A stretch of DNA of 64,000 nucleotides from Balanoglossus misakiensis (lineage: Eukaryota; Animalia; Hemichordata), in NCBI GenBank assembly GCA_040954595.2, contig CM082587.2, positions 3,356,275-3,420,274 of the forward strand, in the 5' to 3' direction. Position 1 is the first letter of the stretch. Each line of letters opens with the position of its first letter. The notes under the pieces were generated by a model that saw only the letters and a list, made by a program, of their open reading frames with translations, was not told the DNA's origin and ran no database searches. The position numbers and the translations under genes were made by a program. Below, piece by piece: positions 13,339-26,600 of the stretch.

Positions 13339-16300
13339 CTATTTACTCGGATTATTAGGATTTGTTTTCTTTTTCTTTTCTGGTAACGTCGACCTCTGTT
13401 CTTCTATTCTGCCCGACTGAAGTTTTTGTATGAGATTGAAGAAATCCTCATCGGGAACCGTGGGCGCACGGAGTGCCACGGGTGGATTACTCCGCTGGTC
13501 ATCTATCCTAGAACCCTGGAAACGGGGAGAGAAAATAATCAGAACGTTATTAATTGGCTCCCGTATTTCTTCTTTTCACCTCCTGACAGGCTGACGTGAT
13601 CGGAGAGTCTGATCAGGGAAAGGACGTCGGATGAGCAGACAGCGCGGAGCCGTTCACTGCATCGTTTGACAGGGGAGGCATGGGTAATAACTGCACTGCC
13701 CTGAAGGGAATGATGGCCAGGAGATGCTTTATCAAGGAGGCCTTGTCAAGTTCAGTAGATGTCTTGTTGAGACTGGCCACTTACAGAATGACTTCTCAGA
13801 AACCAGGCAACATAGCAGAACATTGTAACGCTATAATTTGACGTCTTGTGTTGACAGTGGAAACATACGGTCAAGCAATTCTTGCCATGTCATCATAATT
13901 TTACCTAACGCAACCCTGAAAAAACACAACAACCAAATATACCGTCTTACCTGACATCTCATCAACATATCAAAGAAATTATCATCAGGCACTTGAGATT
14001 CATTTGTGACTAGTTGTTCGAGCATGGATGGGTTGTCTGTTCGAAGACCTGGCAGTTTGGGTAGACTGGCTCTCTGTTCGTTTATGCGGCTACTTTGGAA
14101 AGATGCGATCTTGTCCAAAAGCTCCTCCTTCTGTGGCGATAATGCTAGAAGAAGAAGAAGAGAGATGCAGCAGATGAGTCGGGTGTCGAATCGCTTTCTG
14201 AGAATGCGGCAAGCTGCAGGAGAAACATGAAACACGCATGTCCATTGGTTTACACTTGCACATGTTATGTTGATCAGCCAATCAGACAGGACCTTTCATC
14301 AATAACTGATCGAAATAAGATGGTGGACTTGATCAATAAATGCTTTGCGTCATGAAGACACAACAGCTCTTGATAGAGGATGTAACAAAAAGATGTTAGA
14401 GGTTGTGACCTTTGCACTCTGATCTTACATTCACAAACTGAGATATCGGAGCAGAGGGGAGATACTAAGAGCTGAACATCTGCTCTATCTTACAGCACCA
14501 CAGCTTGTACAGATCCTCAAAAAAGCTTTCATTGTCTCTGGCATTTATTTCCACAACATGGCCCACACAGACTGGTGCCATGTTACTTTTCAGAACAATA
14601 ATTTGAGGATAAAGTTATTTCCATTAAGAATACGCATGATGCAGAAAGTAATCGCTCGTATAAGAAGATCCCGCTACCAGCTCTTTCACATCTGGTTGCC
14701 CGTGGCGACTACTTTTACGAGAACGATAAAAGGAAGTTAATGATGTTATGCGCTCCGTTTGAGTTCTCCACTCTTGAGGAAATTCACAAACAATTGCACA
14801 GGGAACTGATTTATACTGTATGGATTATTCAGAGATTCCCCATCAAATTTGCCTGTCAACACTCAACGTGGGATACAGACATGCCATAAAGACAATATGA
14901 TGAGACACTAACTGGTCTGTTGGTTCTAAAATCTTTAAGATTGATGGCAATAATTTATGAGAATGGGGAAAATTGCTAGAAAACCAACAGGATCTTCTTT
15001 TAAAAGGAAAATTCTATTTCCAGCTTTTCAAGGCCATCCACCTGCATATTACTAATTCAACGCACATCTGAGGAAATGCTTTATCCGTGTCTAGTCAGAT
15101 TGTACACACTTATCAACAGAAGATCTCTGATTAGACGTCACGCGATAGAAAGAGACTTTTTTCCTAACCCCCTTGTGGGACATACAGTATAACTATTTCT
15201 ATCATTGATCGGGGGCAGAAGGGATCTCACAAATTCCTTAGCTTTGCTTGTACAGATGCCAGCAGAGCATGTCGACCTGTAGATGATAGCTGCCCTGAAA
15301 TTTTCTGATTTGCATTTTGATTTGTTCGGGCAGGGATGTGTAGGAGGCTCTGGAGAATGCTGAGAGTTGGACAGCATAGATGATGTATTGCAAGTGTGTG
15401 CAGAGACTGCAAGTTACGGTAGTTGGGATTGATGTGGGCAGAAAACTACCTGTGTACACAAGTCGTATCAGGTTTTACACTGGACTGCTTGATGGATAGA
15501 TGGCCACATGCACATGTGCATTATGGCATGGTTACCACTGGATAGATTGTCACAACCCTTTGTCAGCTGGGTGTATATGAATGGAGACGTTCGGGTGGGG
15601 GACTGGTGCTTGGTTTTGGTGTGGACGGATGAACACCCAGTACCTTTGGATGTGAAAGTTTGTACGCTCTCTCTCAAACGTATGATAAATGAACCAATGC
15701 ACATGTACGCCAAAGACAACCACAGAATTCGTAACAAGACAGCTCAAAATTATTTACAGCAGAACTGCAGGGTCTCTGAATAAATATCACATTATTCTCT
15801 CGGCAACTATTCCCTGATTAATATTTTAGGCAGCTATTCGACATTCCCAGGGGCAAAATAAAATGTGCAGCCAACCTTAGACTACGGGAAAAGACTACCT
15901 GTACATCGGTAACAACATTTCTGCAACATTCACTGATATCAAATCTCGACAAAATGTCACAAACACACACACACACAAACACACAGATCGAAACCCAGAG
16001 AGACAGACTCACACATGTCAAAGAACTTTCACCTAATGCTATACAGGAAACAACAAGTCTGTTTTTTCTCAAAGAATCCTTCAGGGCCAGGCTTTTAGCA
16101 CAGGTTGGTCTTCATGTTTATTCACCCCCTGCTCCATGTATGTGAGGTTATTCCGGAACAGCACTAATATATTCCTGCTTGTTTTCCATACAAATCCTCA
16201 GGGCAATCCATTATAAGATCTCCAACCAATACATTATGTGCCTTGCCCGCAATTTCTGCTTGTCAAGTGACTCTGGGTATTCACTGTCTGTCTGTTTGTG

Positions 16301-19300
16301 ATTACCTGATCTGTCTGGGTGGACAGCGTCAAATGAAACCACTTTGACTTTGTGGGGCTTGCTTGTAATAATTGTTTTTAGCTGAGCTGACGTACATTAG
16401 AGTGCTTGACAGGTCCCACTCAACCAGGCGTACACAGACGAGTGGGGCTTGCTGTCAGTTTTCATTCAGCAGATGTAGGACGGTGAACGCCATGGCCCTA
16501 AGTGATGGCAATTGCTTTTTCTGGGTTATCCATTTGACTTCTTTTTTTTCTTTTTTTCCCCCTTGTTTGAAATTAATTTTTACACTTCCTTATTATGATT
16601 TTGTTTTCAGATTTAATTCATCAGAACATGACATTGCCTTTGAGCAGTTTAAGCCCCAGCTCGTCACTCTTACTTAAGTCAAACAACCTTCCAATATCAG
16701 CATGACCCTTCGACTCATAGCACCGAAAGATTTAAGTTCCCAGTATCACGTTATTATTCAAGTGTTGCATGTGGACATTATCCTCCCTGGCCTCACTCAG
16801 AACTACCAAGCAAGTGCATTATTTCACCACAAGTCTCGCACCTCCCAACTAATAAGTGACATAATCTACTGTATTTCAATTTGATGGACTTGATGTTAGG
16901 AGTCCCTAGCTGCTTATTATTAAACAACTTGCATAAATGACACCCTAGCTTCCTGATACTGAGCAATCTTCTGGGGAGAGGTGTCTCTATCTGTTTGTCA
17001 TTAATCAACTTGTTGCAAGCCAGGCTCAACAACACTTACCACAATTAATTTACCTGTTATAGACGACCCACTAATTGCTTGCTAGTCATCAACCTGTCAA
17101 AATTGTGACCAAATTGACTGCAAAGTGCCAACAAAGTTACTATAAATGGTCCCCCCGACTGACTGCTAGTCATTTATCAGCTCACTGAACACAAAGTCTT
17201 CTTCTCTGATGATACAATAGGATGGGTACGACTTACTGCTTATCACTGTCTGGTATGCAAGTGGCTTGATCATCCACAGCAACTGATGTATAATTTTCGG
17301 GTTTTTGACCGTAATATGGCATTGCTAAAATACAACAAATGCCAGGTACAAACTCAGTTCTGATAATGAAACAAATACAGGCTAATTTGTTTTTTTGGGG
17401 AGGGAAATCTTGGAGATACTATAGCTTTAATGTATTTAGACAAATTGAAAGTAATTACACTGCTTCCGCCATAAATGGATACTGTCTAGTTGTTTACCAG
17501 ACTGTCTATTATTTTTGTAAAGTGCTAATGACACTTGTTAAGTCTTGAACTATTTCTGAGCAGTAAATCTTATTTCCCTGTCTCCAGTTTAATTGATTTT
17601 ACCATCACTGATGGGGAAAAACAAGCCTTTTTTATCAGGTTTCGAACACGCACATATCTCAGAATTTCCGGCAGATATTTCATTATGATGTTTTGTCCAT
17701 GGCTAATTACAGTGTCACAGCAAAAATTCAATTACTGGAAATTCAAGACTCCTTCGGGCTACAAGCCTCTGTACTTTTATCCCACGTAACACAGTGCAAC
17801 CATGTACATAATACATTTACTTATACCTGTATTTACTTTGTTTTCCAGTTTTGTTGACTTCTGATCCTCAATTTTGATTAACAGCACATGAGTTCGAGGC
17901 ATTACGAAAACCTGAGCAAAAATTTTATGACCACCTGAAAAAATCCCATCAGTACACAGCTGTGTTACGGATAAAACTTAACGATTATTGGTGTGTACAT
18001 TCATGATATGAAAACATCATTTTGGTTAGGATGAGTCAATTTATCGTAAAACACGTCACTCTGCAGGTGGAGTGACTGTGCTAGAAAAGATATTATTTCA
18101 TATGCCTACACTCAATAACAAAATGATCAATGTATCAGAAAGGTGATACGACCAAACGACCACATATTACACATCATAACAGAATACGCAACCGTACATA
18201 TCAAAATGGATAACACCCCTTAATCAACTCCACATTACGCGCATTATCCTGCGAGCTGACAGGCGCATACATCAACCCGTTCTCCATTAGCAAAATAATG
18301 AAATATCAACATGACAAGCTCCTCGCTCTACTTATCTCCAAAACCATTCATGGTGAATTATCTACAAGCCCTGACAGGGGTAATACATCAAAAATACCCA
18401 GCAACAAGAGAACAAAACACAATCATACCACTGTATGTATTTGTGTATGGGCGATGTTCATGGCATAGTTCTTACATACAATGCAGGTCTGTTGTGAACC
18501 AAATTACAGGCCTTTGTCACATGCCGACATGAAGATTAAATTTTTCGGCGAACAAAATGTTGTATGGATTCTTGGCGCTGCACATTCTACAGCACCACTT
18601 CATCAAATAAATATTTCTTTCTTTCGTTTTCATACCGTTAAAAGTTGGACATTTTCAAGGAGGGAAAATAAAACATCAGTGAAATTAAAGGATGCTGAAA
18701 GTGAACTATAATCCGGTGTAATGCATGAAACGAGGGCGTATGGCTCTAATCCCTAGCTGAATTGTTATTACCCTCGGAATACCGACTAATACCGGAATAC
18801 CGAGCGGCGTGGATGTGGAAAATCTGCTGCGGGAGAAGTCAACCATGGTGATGTGAAATCAGCTCTCAGGTGGTACACACATGGGAAAAGTGGAAAAGGA
18901 AGCTGATGGGTTAATAAACCATCTACAAGACACTCATTTTCGTCCAAACAATTTCTGTACTATATTTTACATTGTGATTAGACTTAGAGAACAGAGGAAA
19001 AATACAGGGTTCTAATTAACAGATGTTTCGGTTTCCATCACCGATCAGTACTACCTATAGAATGGAAGTCTTACGGATTATGAAAGCAATGATACACGCA
19101 AAACATCATCCTATCTGTAATCTCTCAATATATACATATATATTCCCCGAGCAGATTTAATCTAAACCTCAGGTAGCAACCTGTGTTTACCCCCCACCAT
19201 GTCAGTTTTAACTGGTTTCTGAACAAACATCACATTGACGTTTCCGCCGACAATGGGAAGATTTAGGGGCTTGTTAAAATTTCATTACTTTTTGAGTACC

Positions 19301-22300
19301 AACTTCAGGGGATCTGGACATTATTCGCTTTGAACAAAGTCTGTAGAAGTCATTCCAACGGCAATATGGGGATTACTCTGCCTTGCTGCTTTCATATCAA
19401 ATTTCAGGTATTTACAGGTAATTTTTTATTTCCGTTTTCCTACGAGGTGTGCGTGTGTGTTTCACCTTTCAGTTTTCCCTTTTTTAAGTTCCAGTTTGAA
19501 TAAATTTAACACTCTGTTTTGTAAACGAATGTAGAATGAATTGTACTGACAGGTGACTGCATGAAAATGAAGCGAAAATTACTTTTGCAGAATTAAAGAG
19601 ACAATCACATGCCAAAGTATAATGTGGCAGAGATATTTCCCCTTGCTATATTTTGGCGTATTCCTTCAATAATCATCTCTGTATCTGAATTATTGGTTGA
19701 TGCGGACGAGTTCCCACTGGGAGTATTCCATTGCTGAGTGGGAGGCGAAGCAATTTTCTCGCACTATTTATGTTCCAGCATGCTGGCCACCATGATTATA
19801 TCAGGATAATTTCTCTAAATTGACCAAGACTTTAAAAGAGATGATTTTTAAGTGGTTTCATCCAGTTTTGAACCTTCCCGTCAATTCGAATCGGATATCG
19901 GAGAAATCTCGACTGGAACTGTGATTGATGACACGGGATCTTTGACCACCTCATTTCATGAAGAAATCCTTAAATGTCATGTGTGATTTTCCCTGATTGC
20001 TTCTGAATATTACGCAGCATTTTGGCATCGCAGTGTTGCACATTTCAGGAAATAAATTCCCACCGCCACGCTGTGTTCGTAAAACTACTGCTGGGATACA
20101 AGCGAAGCTCGACAGATAAAATGACTGAGGACAGAAAAAAAAATCAGAAAAAATTACCCCTAAATGTATCTGTCATGGTTGCTTTTGACGTAAAAAAGCC
20201 TCAGGAGTCAAATTACTAGTTATTTTGGACACAATACAAGCCAAGGTGAACAAGACATACTTTATTTTGAAAATTTACACAGACATAGTTGTTCAGAAAC
20301 TTCGGTTTGGAAGCAGATATGATGGGGAGGTGGGTTCAATACTTGAATTCACCAGAGGGTCTCCTAGGGGACGGCAGTGCCCCACGTAACTTATTCCCTG
20401 GTGACAAAGAGTTTAATTGTTGGAATTAGGTTGTTGGAGATTCAATTGGAACGACGCTGATCAACTGGACAGATAAGATTAATTGAATGATGGAGACAAG
20501 ACTTGATTTTCAAGATGACAGCAAAGTCATACCTGGCCACTGTGATAGACAGACATTGTTTGTCGATGATGGACAAGACATGGTCATAACATTTTTCAGT
20601 TCAATGTTTGGATGTAGGCAAATAATCTCAAAGTTATTCTTCAGCTCACATGTTTAGCCATCCAGTACCAAGATAGATGGTATAAGCTATAACAGTACAA
20701 GTCAAATTAATTGCCATGCAGTTGATAACGAGAACTGATCCTGCAACGTGCACCTGAGCTGAAGATTTTGCATATGAAAGCTGTGTATGAAGTCTTAATT
20801 CATAATCCATCAAAAGTCACTCTCACTGAGACTAATTGGACTTATTTGTCCCTGGCCTTTGCTTTGTAATACTAAGGAACCTCGAGCACACCTTTGGGCC
20901 TTGAAGTGGCACATTATTAAAGGCAATATGTTGGTCTTGTTCCTCGTCTATGAACTCATAGTTTTGCTGTTGTATATTCAAGTAAACAAGTTTGACAGGC
21001 CTGCATTTCATCTGTACAACAAAAACCAAAATCATGCAAATCTATTTTTCTGATAAACACCATGCCTGTCTGTTTGTTTGTCTCTCTCCCCTCTTTCTCT
21101 CCTCTCCCCCCCTCCCTCCCTCCCCCTAATGGTATCGGCGTTCAACAACCACAGGATCTAACTTCACCCTTGGTATTTCCCAGGGTCAACTTTTCTATCT
21201 CTAGACAACACTTCTTTTTTTTCTCCATCACTTTTTCACGCATCATTGCCAGCCCAGTTTCCCTGGATTCCACTCATGCATTCTTGTTTCTAGGCAGGCA
21301 CAATGTCTAGTGAGTACCTATCGTTTCCTCTTTCTAAGAAAAATAAGACGCTTTGGATCAGGATCATAGGCAGTAAAGTTCACGATGTCACAAGCATCGG
21401 CAAAGTAGAATTACTTTAAGCCGGCGTTGTGACAGCCATTCTCTGTGTACGTCATGAACACTGTGCACAGCTTTATAATAAGTCCTGTGAATTTCTTTAA
21501 CAGGAAAACAGACAACTGTCCTGCTCATTTGATTCTCGACTCTGGCTTTTCAAATGCAATGTACATGTTCAATGGATCAACAGAAGGAAATAGACGTCTC
21601 ACAGCCCACGCTTTTGTCTGCGCTCACTGAACAGGCAAAATTTAACTAATGCTTAGAATTTTGAATCTGCTACAGAGCGAGTTACGGTCTCTCAAAGATT
21701 GAGCCTGTGAATGAAGAAGCACAGCGCAGCAGATAATTCGTGCAATCTCTCATATTTCCACCAAAGCACACACAATTTTCCCTTCTCCCTTTCATAGCAG
21801 CAAATTTGCTCCTTTATTTCAGAAAATCTCAATTTATCACGAAGCAAAACACAGATGATCGCCGTTCTGCTAGACTGCTGATAAACATTAGCTCAACATA
21901 CGCCAGCTTTTATTCATCTATAAATAATCCGTAAATTGCCAATGGGCCGTCTCAAACCGGGAATTCTAGAAGAACATCACGCACTCACAGAGTATCATCT
22001 GTAATCTTGTGAAAAGATACCTTTGGGGAAATTATGAGCTTTTTCGTATAAACAACAAAATGTCCATATTTGATCTGCTCTTAGTATGTTAGTTTTGAAA
22101 ACCTGACGCAAATTTTACAATATTATCCTTCTGCTTTTTGTTCTTAATTGACAATTTGCAAATAATACAAGCAGGCGTGTACAACATGACAATGGATGGT
22201 TATATTGTTGGCAGGGTGTTGCAAGGTATTTTTCTCTCGAAATATCTCTATCATTGCCATTTGATTACATCACAATTTGACGGTTCCTACTGGACAGATG

Positions 22301-23592
22301 TAGTCTTACAACGTTATCGCATTCTTTTACTCTGCTACTTCATAACCAGCGCCGGCCTGACCTCGTAACCTGTGGTTGCTCGCTGTTGCTCATTTCATTC
22401 GTACTTCCGGCAAATTGGACGGGGCCAATTAATGAGACGCTGTAACCTGAACTGGAACTGGGTGAAAGAAACTGCAGCTGTGCCCTTTCGACAAGAAGAC
22501 ACAGCGGATTTTGTGAGCAATTGGGCAAAAAACGTCAAGCAGGTGTTCGGGAAAAACCTTATTTTAGACTTTTCATCATCTTCTTGTGCAACAGAATCAA
22601 ACTCACACTGTATTGCTGCACAATGACCATCCAAAATAGAAAATGAATATCAATGTGACGTGCTTGTCAAAAGATCCTTGCTTCAAGTGGCTAGTGGATT
22701 TGCATGCATTGCCTTTCAAAGCAACAGGAAAACCTGTGGATTTTGCTCTTGAAAACGCAAAGAGTCACAGCACAATAATCTTTCATTAAGGATTTTAAGA
22801 GGAAAATTACCATGGAGCATAAATGTACGAGAGTTTTTTATTGTCGGCTGCTCAATACACTGGCATTGATGTGAAATCTTTTTTTTATCACTGTTAAGAG
22901 CTCATTTTACAGCTAGCCTGGAGATCTATTTTGTGTTTGTCTTAGAAACTCTGGCATGGTAGTCTCAGCAGATCATTACATGTAGTTCTAAACAGCTATA
23001 TGAACATGAGAAACCAAATACAGTAACCGTATAATTAAAAATTTAAAAATGAAGTTTACTCGACATGGAAAGTGGGATGATTTCATCTGTGCTGGTTTAT
23101 CTGTGCTAAAATCCAGGTTGTGCAACCTTTCATATCAAAATCTCAATTCCAAAATGTCAAATGTTATCAGATGTTCCTCTCGCCGAACGCACAGATGCCA
23201 ATACTTTCGGAAGACAGCATAACATACATGTAGCACCACCCAGCAACATATTGCAATTCTATCCTCAGTCTCGCTGAATCAATATTTTGACAAATAGCAC
23301 TTACTTCCACACGAATGCAGTCTAATTGGAGGTATCAGATCCTTCAGTGAGAAAATTGTATCTTTGATCGAGTTTCACACAGGGCTCAATAGAGTTAGCA
23401 GTTTCATTTGACAGGCAGGGCTCCCCAGAGTAGAGATTGTCTTTATGTGGCAAGCGTGACAACTGTCACGTTTATGTTCGCATGGGTTATCGGCACTGAA
23501 ATTTTGTTATCGCCCACAGCACTAGTGCAGACACAGATAGACAAAGGATATCAAATGTACAATAATGCATGCTTTTATGAACACATAACATA

Positions 23593-23623
<31 letters not shown>

Positions 23624-26600
23624 CATACATACATACATGTACCTACTGCTTGGCATTTTGCTAGGTTGGTACTGGGCAAACACCAACACGCATGAAAGTA
23701 CATGTAAACATTCACAGACATGTACATACGCGCACGTACATATTGACATGTACATCATGAAATGCAATCAAAACCTTTTAACAGCTCATTGTGTTTTTTG
23801 TATGTCCATGCCTCGGTACATACATATTGAGTTTCTCGTTTTTCCAAATATGGATTTTACTGATATTTGGCAGACCCCCACTGTTTGTGAAGCAGAAAAA
23901 TCAATTTTAAGCTTGCCAGTTACAGGTTTTAAATCAATGGAACTGCTGGAAAATTTTGCATCAAATGCAATGGACAGCATTTCAACTGGTGCATCTCCTT
24001 CCAAGATCCTGCCTATGATTTTGCTTTTTCAGATTCAGTGGAGACCATTTTGTTTTGCAATCTGATCCAATATGGCTGAAACCCAACTAAACTGACATAT
24101 GAAATCAGTGGAGCTGTGTTCAGATTCTAAATCCATCCCATTCACTTTAAACGAGAAGGAAAATATAATGAACGAAGCAAGGGAAAAAATAAATGAGAAT
24201 GTGGCGAGACTTTTGCCACTTTGCTATTGACTACGAATAGCAAATGGATTCTCTCTGCATGCATGACGATCTGTTTGATCAGAAACCATTTTATGAGGGA
24301 CATAAATTCTGCTTTGCGGATCCCTTTCAAGCATTCAAGTCAGGAAGTCAATTAGGAAACCCCTGTAAACACAGAAAAAAGGCAATTGCTAGCACTTTTT
24401 TATATAATGTATTTGCACAGCAGTAAAAATCAGTTTCACTTTCCCAATGTTTCATGGAGTGTGTAGCAGTTAGATTTTCTGGATGAAAAACACACTTTGC
24501 AGGCCATATTGTTTCACTTATGGTTTCAAAATGGAACTGTCGTCATACCAGAACAATTATCATGTAATAGAACTGTACCAGGATTATAATCTTCTCAATG
24601 AATGATTTCCAACACTACAAAAATTCAACAAGTAATGACACAGCTGAAACTCACCGTTATGCAAACGGAAGACCACTTTTCATCGATAAATGCTTGTAAA
24701 TGTCCTCAATCGAAAGACAATATTTGCTATGTTTATGAACTGAATGCAACTTTCATACTTCTCTAGAAAGGTTTCAAAGCACCCTGGGGTGTAATCAAAC
24801 AGTATTGTTCTTTTCCTGTCCTCAGAACATCGAACCACAAATTTTCAATACATAATAATGTATTCATTTGGCGCAAAGTTCATGTATGCTTAAGGCATAT
24901 TGCTAGCTGCATATTTTTTTAATTCTTTTGATTCCAGTTTCTTAACACACGGACAATCACTACATTGTTCTGATGCAATTCCCATAGCAGAGACACAAAA
25001 CACCTCCACCTCATCCCCATGCCCGGTTCGATAACCGAGCTCCACATCCTTTCAGATGGACATAAAGATGATCTGGTGCCCGTTTGCAATATCTTGTGTG
25101 TTACATTACAAGATGAGCCTACAGTGTAACAATCAGCTTGCCTGAAAATCTGCGGTAAGATTTTTACCTTCGGGAAGACATTTCCGAAACACCACACGTC
25201 AGACTGTAAAATTATCGGAAATTGAAGATTTAAGCTTACGACTTCTGTGATTTCTCCCTTCCCGGAAAGATTTCCTTCTCATAATTCCACTTTTTCCCCC
25301 GAGGCCTGGAATAACTTTCAAAATTTACGCACTGAGGTCAGGGTTTGCCACTGAGCGCAATGTGTGGGAGTAATACATTGACATCAACAGCATTAAACAC
25401 ATCACTCAAGGAATTCCCAGATGGCCTGACCCCCCTTACCACCCCCATAATCTCAGAACACTTGGTACGGTCCCACAAATCAAGATCTTTGGGACATTTC
25501 ATTGTCATATGAAAGATGGTAGTATTCAAATGAGCATCTAGAATGTTGGCCATGAAAATTCAATGCTGCCATTTGCACGTCGTATTGAAGCGACTTCGCA
25601 ACTGAGACAAGTTTTTAATTTGATTACACTCTGGCCAAATTTAACTGTACTTTGCTCACATGTCTGCACATGTCACCACTGGGAATCCAAACTTACTCTG
25701 ACATTAGGGAGAATGAGTCCAAAAGGTCACCACGGAAACAATACTGGCAAGGCTTCCCCAATCACTGTAAACTATGTCAGCGTGGTTGTTATGGTAACGT
25801 CTCCTCCGAGGAGGAGGATTTGATTAGTTGTTTAAAACAACCTCTATGATCGTGATCTTGGGTCCAGATATACTTTGGGCACAATGCTTCAATGTAACTT
25901 TTCACGAGAAGTGAGATGAACGTTACATCATAATGGCCGCACAAAACAGTCGAAAAACGGGAAGATTTCAATTGATGTTGCGCACCTGAATTCATTATCA
26001 TGGCAGACATACACTTCCAATATCTCAGGAATCACTCCTCAAAACAAACAACCCATCTACATTCTGAATTAGGCCCAGGAAATTGAAATGTCAGAATTAG
26101 AACAATCTGATCATTACCGAGTTCAAAATATATGTCATTTCCTTTTATATACATGACCAGCTAGATATAACGAGAAGCAGAGCCTGACCGCACGGAACCA
26201 GGGCACTGATTGGGCATTCTTTTATATTTTAATTTGATTTCAGCCAATCAAGGTGTTTGTTGTTCTGTGGCTCCAGTGCCTATTTAAAGAGACACCGAAT
26301 AGAACCTTCAGCTGTGCCGAGACTTGAGTGAGAGTGGACGAGTTAATTCAGTTATCCACGAGTATACCATCAGCTCTATTCAAAGCGCACACCGTACCAC
26401 AAATTGAAAAAATCATCTTCTGTTCAACACAGAGGCACTTAACAATCTGCCAAACATGGCTCGCACATCATTTTCTAATTCACGCATTTTCTGAATATAA
26501 AAGTCAAGCCCATCTATAGCAGCCAGTCAAGGGACTTTCCCAAAAACTGCAATTGTCGTGATGTCGTTTTAATACTGGGAATGTTCCGGGAAAGGGAAGG

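Noticed and set aside
25338-25553. Minus-strand ORF with a gtaagg donor as another alternative first exon
   Set aside because: The donor is phase 0, incompatible with the phase-1 acceptor at 14144.
26456-26494. MART... start resembling histone H3
   Set aside because: The similarity ends after four residues (no KQTARKS) and the ORF stops at 12 codons.
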